DNA of 64,000 nt from Guillardia theta CCMP2712. Lineage: Eukaryota; Protista; Cryptophyta. Shown piece after piece: positions 55,105 through 64,000 of the stretch. The stretch lies in the NCBI RefSeq assembly GCF_000315625.1, contig NW_005434669.1:1152499-1216498 (forward strand). Reading direction: 5' to 3'. The position numbers and the translations under genes were made by a program. Each line of letters begins with the position of its first letter. Within the stretch, counting starts at the first letter, position 1. The notes under the pieces are model-generated. The model had not been told where the DNA came from, did not search any database, and was given only the letters and a program-made list of their open reading frames with translations.

Positions 55105-57437
55105 ATGAGAATCAAGAACGAGGCGATGGCTAGCCCTTGTTCACAATGCAACACATCACATGGAGGTGTATCGCCTCTGGAACATACTTCAAAAATCATG
55201 AGTGTCTTCATTTGAAATTTCTCTTGTTATCACTCAGGCGTTCTCACTCTTGTTTTCTTTCAGATCCCCTAACTGTCTTCCGCCGAAGACGGAAGGTTTT
55301 CGATCAAATGAAGTTTGATGGGTCCAATCATGAACCAAAGAATCCTCATGTGCGAGGCCAAGACCATCCTCACTGTGAAAGTCTTGACATGAAATCCCAC
55401 TCATACGAAAAGAAAATCTGCATTGAAATACCGGAGTCAAGCATCAATTTCAACGGCCACCTCCAGACAGTAGCAGAGAGTGAAGAAGGTTGTCTGAACC
55501 TGAGCATTCTGGATTCCGGTCACACTGTCAAAGATGATTTGCATCTCACTCTTAGCAGCTCTGGTCTGTGGATGGGGAGTCATGCATCCCAACAGCGCTT
55601 CCGAAGTGAGTTCAAGGAAGTGGATTTCATCGGAAAAGGTGGCTTTGGGAAAGTCTACAAGGTGTATCACTATTTGTCAGACAGAGAGTATGCAATCAAA
55701 AAGATTGAGATCAATGATTCCAACGCTGAGCATGTTCAGTCTGTGATACGCGAGGTTCGAATGCTTGCAAAGCTGGACAATCACGGGAACGTTGTTCGGT
55801 ATTACAACGCATGGATTGAAGAAGATTTCTCGGCAAGGTCAAAGCGTCCTTCTGTACAGCTTCTTTCCAATGATGGATGCGTGTTGGACGAGGAGGAATC
55901 GACAGAGTTTGAAAGTGACTTGGACTCCGACATAGAAACTTCTATGACCCTGAGGCGTACCAGATCAAAGTCGGACTCTTGTTCACTTGACGCTTCTCCA
56001 GGAGGCTTGTGGAGGGGCGACAGCTTTCTCTCCGAGTTTGCTGATGAGCCCAATGATGACGATGGCTGGTATGATTCTTGGGGTCATGAGGACACATCTG
56101 TAACCGAGGAGGAGGAAGAACATACTTCTCCTGTCGAGAGGAAAGGCAGTTTGGCTCTGGTTGCAAGTAGAACTCGCAGCGTGTCCAAAGAGCCATCGCC
56201 AAAACCCCGGTGCAGATGGAAATATACTCTTTATCTTCAAATGGAGTACGTGATGTGCAGGACATTGGAAGAATGGCTTAGTAGCGAAAACCGCAAGGAA
56301 GTTGATTATGCCGAATCTTTCAGCATTGTTCGACAAGTAACATGTGCTCTCGAATGGATTCATAGCCACGGAGTTGTTCACCGCGATCTGAAACCAAGTA
56401 ATCTCTTCATTTCCATTGATGGAGTGATCAAGCTTGGTGACTTTGGCCTCGCACGTGAAATAGCAAAATGCGCAGGAGACACGGAAGAGGCCAGCCCTCA
56501 CTCTTACTCATCCAACCACACGCAGGGTGTTGGGACGCAAGTTTATGCATCACCTGAACAGCTGAAGGGAAGGCAGTGCAGTGACAAGTCTGATATCTTC
56601 AGCCTGGGGCTCCTCATTGTGGAAGTTCATCACGTCTTCAGGACTGGAATGGAACGCGTCATGACCTTGTCAAACGCGAGACAGTCCATGTTCCCGGAGT
56701 CTTTTGACAGAGACTTTCGATTCATGAGTGCCATGGCACGCAAATGTGTCTCGGACAACCTGGACAAGAGGCCAAGCGCAGCTGAGCTGATGGTTTCTTT
56801 CTGCCACACGCCTGTGAACAAATCTCATCTGCTGCACCAAGATTTGAATGTCTCCAGCCCTAAGATTCGCATCAGCATGTTCCCCTCACCGGACAGCAGC
56901 CCGTCCACTTCTCCGCAGCAGGATGTCCAGTGTGATCCCTTTTCTGCTGACAAGCTCGAGGCGATCGATTTGAACCAGGACAATGACGCCGGATCGCCCG
57001 ACGTGCCTGCACCGCGATGTTCGTGCACGAAAGCCAAGCGAGTGTTGCACGGAGACTTTGTTGCCGACGGCAGACATCATGACTCCAAGGAGCACAAGAA
57101 TGGCAGGCAGCTGCAGGAATGTGCACAGGGCGAGGGATGCGATTGCACATGTCCTCGTGTGAAAGAGCTTGAGAAGATTGTTGACAAGTTGCTGCACGAG
57201 AAGCGAGTTGCTCAAGACCGCATCCAAGAGCTCGAGCGCCTTGTGCAACAACAGGTCGGCCTTTTCTTTCCTCTCTTTTTCTGCGATCTAACTCTATCGC
57301 CACAGGCAAGTCTTGCTGCGTCACTCCTGTGCCTTGGGAATGTTGTATATACAGATGATGGTTCCTCCTGCAAAATCCCTATCCTTCGGAATCGTGGACC
57401 GAAAACGCACAGCGGGCATATCTACTCCTTACAGTAA
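55105..57437 (+). CDS. eIF2-alpha kinase, HRI/PKR-like
   Basis: RFRSEFKEV..IGKGGFGKVY, YAIKKI, REVRMLAKL.H.NVVRYYNAWIE, acidic kinase insert, LYLQMEY, HRDLKPSN, DFGLA, HTQGVGT..YASPEQ; C-terminal coiled coil. Short first exon (ATG 55105 or 55126) spliced to 55264. 3' end may be spliced. Confidence 0.9.
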
Positions 57438-57519
57438 CATGCGCCTGCTATATGCTTGACCTTGTAGTCTAGAAGTCGCTGCTGAAGCCATTAGTAGTGT
57501 CTGTGTAAAATGGTATTTT

Positions 57520-59022
57520 ATGAACTGTAATCTCTTCCTTGTGACCCTTGACCTGCAATGAGCATTCAACCTGCACCGAAATCTGATGGTCTCTTTCCAT
57601 CGACAGGAAGGACGCATGAAGCGAAGACATCGTTTCTGATTCACACCACAGCTAAGTTGTCTCTTGCTTCCTAGCGTACACCACGTTCATCTCATGTTTC
57701 GTCAGATGTAGAGACTTTTTCTTACAGGTTCTTTTGCATCAACAATTCTACAAGCAAGATAGACATTTTAATAACCAAAGATTCTGTCGTTCTCAAGGCA
57801 GAGGCTTCAGATGCGGCAGGAGGGGATCCTTCATCATCTCCTCTGCATCACTCCAAGTCAAATGAAATCTTTGAGAGAGAAGAAAGCTTTGTTACCAGCC
57901 GCACTCGCTGCTTCCACTCCCGAGCTTTCAGCCGCCATGACAGGAGATTGGAAGGCAGTGCGAGCCTTTGATTTTTGTTGTTTTCGACGGCCATGGGCTG
58001 CTGCTTCCACCGCATCGCCAGGTTTCTCCTTGAGCGGCGCTTGAATTTCAGCCGTCGAAATCTTGCTCCTCGTGGCATGCACAATCTTTGCTGCAACTCG
58101 CTTTCGAGGAGCTGGGGGAGCGACTTCTGTGAGAGAGCAGATTGTCATCCCAGTTGTTTTTGCCTCCATGAACATCAGATGGATCAGCACAATAGATATG
58201 ATTTTCATGCCCCTAACACCTCTATCACCTCGACAAGTCACCCTTGACTTGGCATGTGCACACTCATTCTTGATCATCATCCACCCATCATCATATCATC
58301 ATCACTTTCAACCCCAACAAGATCATCATGACATCCTAACATCGGGCACCTTTTACATTCTTTGAATCTGCGTGCTTTGTTGCTATGTTTGATAGACCTT
58401 GCAGTCGCTTGATGTCCTGGTACGCAAACGAAGCCCCGGCCACCACTGGGGCATGAGAGGGAATCGAGTTATCAGGGGTGTGAAGGAATCCCTTGGGAGG
58501 GATAAACTGTTGAGTCGATGTTTCTTCTTGTTGTGCTGAGGATTTCTGGCGCTTTTGCCTTGATACTGACGAATTACCCTGGGCTGGAGTCAGGACGAGC
58601 AGCTGCTTCGTTGCTTCACTGCATGAAGCTGCTTCACCTGGCCCAGTCCAAACGCCGAGACGTAGACGAAGAGGAGCAGGCAAGCAATGCCTCCCAAGTT
58701 CATCAGCTTCCGACGCGTATCCAAAATCGTTGATGGGCGCGAAAGTCTGCAGACACGAGAAATTAGCAGGACTTGTCGTTCCATGACGCCCGCACCTTGC
58801 TGTCAGCACAAGGGAATCGTTGAAGATCCTTCGACTCCTTATGGTATTCTCATAAACATTGAGTCGAGAGTACAAGGTCATCAAACAGAGTTGTTCGCAC
58901 CTTCTCTTGACATCAACATGAACCTCTCCAAAATGATCGAGAGTGACGTGTTTGTCTTCTGCAGACATGATCAATCCGACATTGCAAACGTGCGCGAGGT
59001 TGCGTGTACCTTTTCTCTTCAT
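57520..59022 (-). CDS. Hypothetical multi-exon protein
   Basis: Open frames of 228 and 140 aa with apparent introns. No recognised domain. Confidence 0.35.
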
Positions 59023-59872
59023 GCGGATGGTAACTAGTGGAAGAACCAGATAGGAGGCAAAGGAGCGATTGAGAGACGAGCACGGTCACGATGACGGAGG
59101 GAAGTCAGCAGGTATTGGCGAGGAGAAGGAGGAAAGAAAGAGTAGGAGAGGAAGGAGGAGAGAGGACAAAGGTGAGCGAGCCGAAAAAAATGCTTATTAT
59201 AGCTCTACGGCCCCATCCCCTCTCAGATCCCTCTCAGTGACCGGCACAGTAGCCGGCACAGACCTTACGGGCCCGGGCCGGGCCTGAGAATTCCACAGAC
59301 GGACGACAGGCGCCAGGTCAACCAGCTAGTACGACCCAAACATGCGGATGGACATTTGTGGGGTAGGGGTACTACTATACTGTAATAGGCCCCGAAGATC
59401 ATTGGAATAAAAATACAATTGATGGGGGTGGGGTAGTTTTGGGACATCGGAGCACATGGCGAGCCCAGGGCTTCCAGAGGTCGAAGAGGATGAGGTGGAG
59501 GACAAGAACATGCTGGGGTGACGTGAGATGAGATGGACAGAAGTATTTGAGACAGTCCAGTCCAGTGAGAAGAGTGTTCACAGGGACAGGAGGCGCTGGT
59601 TGAAATTTGTGTATCCAAAGATGCAACTACTACTTGTCGATTTGCGCTTTCTGAGCAAGGATGCATTCAATCGAAACAAAACGGACAGGGATTGATATTC
59701 AATGAAACAATACCTCGAATGCTAAATACTGTGCCAGTGAAAATGAGCAGATGCGATATCTTGTAAAGACAGAAGCATGAGATCATGGCCAGGTCGGAGT
59801 CACTCTAGGGGCGACACACAGACAGTTCTACAGCCCCAGGCATACTATGGCCTAAGGTCAGAGCGCAAGCAC

Positions 59873-61888
59873 ATGAAACGTAAACGTTCTATACAGACAT
59901 GGCATTTTCATGGGTGGTTCGCCTTGCTGATATCATTCAGCATGTCATGTCATGGCGTCGGCACCGCCGTCGATGGGGACGTAATTCTCACGCTTGGGCC
60001 CTATGGCTGCAGGGCTGGTCACAAATCACATGCCATGGTTTCTCAAACACGCTTGAAATTCGAAAAAGATGCTGATGATCAACATGGTTCGATAAAGATA
60101 ACTTGAACAATCTGAAGCTAACTGTGCTGACAGAACTTCACGGCAAGAAGTTGTGCCTGTTCAGTTCTGCACTGCCGGATGCATCCACCTTTGCTACAGA
60201 GGCACAGACGTCGTTACATGAGCTCAGACGACTCAGTAGGCCAACAGCAAACCACTCAGCTACCTGTTGCTCCGCTCCTGATTCTTCCTTGCCCAAACTA
60301 TCTGAGCATAACATGACATCGTTGCTTCGCTCTCACCTTTCAGGTTTGCGATATCACCGATGTCCAATGTAACATTCCACGTTTTGACAAGTCAAATTTA
60401 GATCTCATCAAAGAAGGCTGGTGGCAAGACTGTCTCAACCAAAAACACTGTCATTCTTGCATGTCTGTAAACCGGGAGGTAAGTTTAATGACTCCACCTA
60501 GGCGACACGATTGACATGAAATTCAGCAAACACCAGCTTCATTTGGTGTTGCCTGTCCGGTGAGCCTGAAATGGACCTTTTTCTTCTGCAAGAAATGTCT
60601 TGTCGGCTGCAGACCTCTGCCGCCACATTTCATTTCGTTGTACAGGTAACACAATTACATTTCCAGTCGTTTTGTGTTGGAATTTATTGACTGCGAGCTT
60701 TGTTCGAAGACGTTGCAGACTGTGCAGACGATTTGCTACATTCGGTCCCATCAATGGACATCGCATGTCGGCAGCTCATTGCAAAGAGCACAAGCATGCC
60801 GATGAGGTCGACGTGGTCTGCCGGAAGTTAGTTCGCTGAACACATTCGCTGCTTCATGTCTTATCGATTGATTTTCTAGATGTAGCTCTCCTGGATGTGC
60901 TCGACGGGCATTATTTGGACAGCCAAAGTACATGGATGACTTCAAAACTATGTCATCAGGAAACAGAAATGTTAATAGTAAATTCATTGTGATTCCAGAG
61001 CGATGTGGCTTCCATCGGAAGGTACCTCTGATTGTTTCTTTAGAACAAGTTCTCACAGTTTTCTTTCAGAAAGGTGATATGGGCTCGCCAAAGAAGTTTT
61101 GTCAGGTCCCAGGATGCTATCAATATGCCACGCAGGGCAGTAGGAGTTGGAACAATGGAGCGAGGCAAATACCTTGAATGAGTTGTAACTTGCTTACCAC
61201 ATTCTGCAGGGTATTTTGCGCTAAGCACAAGCCCATAGACTTTCATGACTTGAACTCTAAGGTAAGCAAAATGCTGAGTGTGTTGAACATTCTGATGGTA
61301 CAGCAGCGATGCAAATTTCCTTTGGGTTGTGATAGGTTGGCAAACTACGGCAATCCAGCAGAAGGCTTAGCTAGGTTTGAAACCCTAAGATTGGCTTTGA
61401 TCTGAGAACGTTCTTTGCAAACAGGTTTTGTGCGTCTCATCGCTCATGGGGCGATGTGCACTTGAAGGTTTGCCGTAAGGTCAGAAGCAAGAAGGAGTGA
61501 CTGCATATCCAGAGGCGGATTTGCAATCACTACAAGTGCTGGTCTACAGCGGCTTTTTCCACGCGGGTAACATTTTTGCACTCGATCTTTATCATGTTCA
61601 GAACTCACCATCATGTTTCAGAGTATTCCTGTCAAACACTTCTGCAAAAAGCATTGGCGGCCAAAGGGTCATTTCGTTCGGCAACTTGATGGCAATCCCG
61701 TGGTACGGCGAAAAGAGCAAAGCTCGTCGGGAAAGAATGACATCAGTGGCGAGCAGGTGCTGCAGGGAGCTCCTGTCCTTCCGAGGCCCAACACTCCAGA
61801 ACCTCGTCCGTCAACACATCCTCTCTCCGAATCGCATCTACTCTGCTTGTCACCTGTCACGCCGTGCGAGAGTGGATTAACTCCATGA
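59873..61888 (+). CDS. EsV-1-7-type cysteine-rich repeat protein with hydrophobic N-terminus (multi-exon)
   Basis: Repeats CRLCRRFATFG..HCKEHK..VDV, CSSPGCARRALFG..RCGFHR, CQVPGCYQYATQG..FCAKHK, CKFPLGCDRLANYG..FCASHR match the EsV-1-7 motif pattern C..GC...A.FG...FC..H. Confidence 0.7.
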
Positions 61889-62009
61889 TGAACTGAACTT
61901 GCCCAACATCCTGTCTTCCGAAGTTCTACTTGTCATCTTCAACATGCCAGAAGTCGGAGACCGTACGGTGGATCAACTTGACTTGAATGCATTGGATGAA
62001 CTTCGGAAC

Positions 62010-62280
62010 TTGCTACTGAGCCCGGGCCAGTCTGGCGCCAGCCTGAGTACCCGGCGGCCGCGACTCGGATACTATTATGATTGCGACGGCGGCTTGGCTC
62101 AAGCCGGGCCGGGCGCCGCCGCTTGACTCACACGGTGAGAACCTCGCCGGCGGCCGCCGGGCAGGCCCGGCCGCTTCACTGCCGTGCACTCCGATCGGAC
62201 TCTGGCGCCGCCCGGTTCATATCCGGCGGTGACCCAGCGCGAGGAATGCAACGGCTGTAACTGCCAATTTTGATTCTCCA
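62010..62280. promoter_or_regulatory. GC-rich palindromic island upstream of PRP16
   Basis: Same motif vocabulary as the other islands. Confidence 0.4.
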
Positions 62281-62930
62281 CGAGAGGACCCACCCCCCAC
62301 CCCCTTCGGTGTATCCATACCCCATTTTTCGGACCCACTATAGTACTAAATAACCCACCAATTCGGCTTGCATTCAATGCTCACCCTCTCTCACCTTCTA
62401 CTCGTCTTCCTCACTCAGGCTGCCATGCGCGCGGCTGGCGTGGGGGATTGGGCGGTAGCGAGCGAATGAGATCTAGTTTCCTTCTCATTCCCTCCTTCCC
62501 CTCACTCTCTCTTCTTCTCGTCCGGAAATGTCCAATGCTGTTCCTAGCATGCCTTGTGTGTCTGCCTAGATTGCATGGCAGGAACATTTGAATTTTTATC
62601 GCTTCAGTGTTTTCAAGTCTCCTTCGTACTCACGAATTGCATTGTGTCTTAGAAGTATCTTTATCAGAGCAACGATTCTCCACTTGATTTCATGCCTTGT
62701 TTGTGACTCCATGTATTGTTCTCATGTTCGTGTGCCATGCACTTGAGGTTTCATACAGCTGTGCGATAGATCTTGGTTGTAGGATCATTTTGCAGATATC
62801 TTGCTCTGCTGTATCTGACATTATATTCGAAGGAAAGTGCCATGCAGCATTGTGCAGCCCGAGAGTGGATGCAAGATAGTTGATAACTGTTTTATTCGGG
62901 GGGAAAGTTCGCATTCTCAAACGCAAAGAA

Positions 62931-64000
62931 ATGTCTGTAGTTGCAAGGGAATACGAAGGCTCGCTTGTGTCTCAGCAAGCTGACAAGTTGTACAATGGAA
63001 TACTCGAAGACCTCAACAGCTTTGCCAGAGGAAAACTGTCTCGTTCGCTGACCATCACGGACGCGAAGAAAATAGTCAGTCTTGCAGTCTCGTGCAAGGG
63101 AAACCCAAATTCGTTTGATGAAAAGGTCAAGGCGGAACTCGGGTCGAACCTTCCATTTGCTGGAGACCTTCAGAGGAAGATCCTTGGCCGTGTTACCGAC
63201 CATGCTGCATCCGTCAAGATGCAGCAGTCGATGGCAGGTTTTTCAGGTGGTGCCCGTGAGCGCGTGGAAGGGGGTGGCATCACGAAGGGAGGTCTTGTGC
63301 GCATCAACAGTGATAAGCCAGTCTTTAAGAAACCAGAAGCAAGACAGTCAGTTCTTGGACTGCAAAGCCTTGCTCAGAAAAAAAGGCTAGAAGAAGGCAT
63401 CACGCTTCCGAAACGTGGTCGTATGTCTTTTGAGAGTCAAGAGGAAAACGCCCTCGATGATCAAGTCGCTGACTCAGGCAGTAACTCTCGAGGCTCGAAA
63501 GGGCAGCGACATTATCGTGTCAAGGGATCCGATAGTCAGCAAGATGATAATGATGGAGCGAAACGACATCGGGATAACTCCGGACAATCGTCAAGGCGCA
63601 ACAATGACGAGTACAGAAAGAAAGGAGACAGTGACCTTGAAACCAGCGAATACACGCGCGGTTACCGTGGCCCGGGATCAGAGTCAGTCAGATCGTCTGC
63701 AAGCACTTGGGAACCTGACGCTCCGTCTGGCAGGCAGAGCCCTTCAGTTAATGGATCGGTTGCTAGCACCCCGGCTAGGACATCTGTAGACCAGTGGGAT
63801 ATTGTTGCAAGCACAGGTACCAAACCAGAACGAGAGCGTGCAGAAGCGTATGGCAAAAATTTGCGAGACTACAGATCGGGCACGACAACTACAAGGACTT
63901 CTGAAATGTCGAAAGAAGAAATGCGAGAATATGAAGAAATGGAGCAAGCGCTAGATCGTGATTGGTACGACAATGATGAAGGCGGGACGTTTCTTGATGA
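62931..64000 (+). CDS. DHX38: Pre-mRNA splicing DEAH helicase PRP16/DHX38, N-terminal part (runs off window)
   Basis: Open frame from ATG 62931 to the window end: GGLVRI..VFKKPEARQSVLGLQSLAQKKR and EQALDRDWYDNDEG match the PRP16 N-terminal conserved blocks. The helicase core is outside the window. Confidence 0.75.
   Translation, partial: MSVVAREYEGSLVSQQADKLYNGILEDLNSFARGKLSRSLTITDAKKIVSLAVSCKGNPNSFDEKVKAELGSNLPFAGDLQRKILGRVTDHAASVKMQQSMAGFSGGARERVEGGGITKGGLVRINSDKPVFKKPEARQSVLGLQSLAQKKRLEEGITLPKRGRMSFESQEENALDDQVADSGSNSRGSKGQRHYRVKGSDSQQDDNDGAKRHRDNSGQSSRRNNDEYRKKGDSDLETSEYTRGYRGPGSESVRSSASTWEPDAPSGRQSPSVNGSVASTPARTSVDQWDIVASTGTKPERERAEAYGKNLRDYRSGTTTTRTSEMSKEEMREYEEMEQALDRDWYDNDEGGTFLD

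Overview
Gene-dense eukaryotic nuclear DNA with many short (~45-55 nt) GT-AG introns, microsatellite-filled introns and GC-rich, palindrome-laden intergenic islands. The style suggests a cryptophyte alga such as Guillardia theta (inference). I reconstructed about 21 genes by manual splicing. They are: a TPR fragment; a voltage-gated cation channel (four-domain family) with a centrin-like EF-hand lobe inserted in voltage sensor I; a TopBP1-like multi-BRCT protein; HEAT-repeat and coiled-coil proteins; two near-identical, inverted, intronless receptors (signal peptide-LRR-FN3-like-TM-three class III cyclase domains) flanking PGK; an Orn/Lys/Arg decarboxylase; an F-box-like/FHA protein; calcineurin B; PDZ and pseudokinase exons; an FHA/coiled-coil protein; a rhodanese-dual-specificity phosphatase-FHA-Pin1-type parvulin fusion; ALG14; a PH-PARP; an HRI-like eIF2alpha kinase; an EsV-1-7 Cys-repeat protein; the 5' end of PRP16/DHX38; and a few hypotheticals. 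The three best candidates for undescribed systems are (1) the inverted LRR-receptor adenylyl cyclase pair, with split catalytic residues and patchwork divergence on the LRR face, (2) the four-domain phosphatase/FHA/prolyl-isomerase fusion and (3) the EF-hand-inserted channel. Exon boundaries were read by eye and need RNA-seq confirmation.
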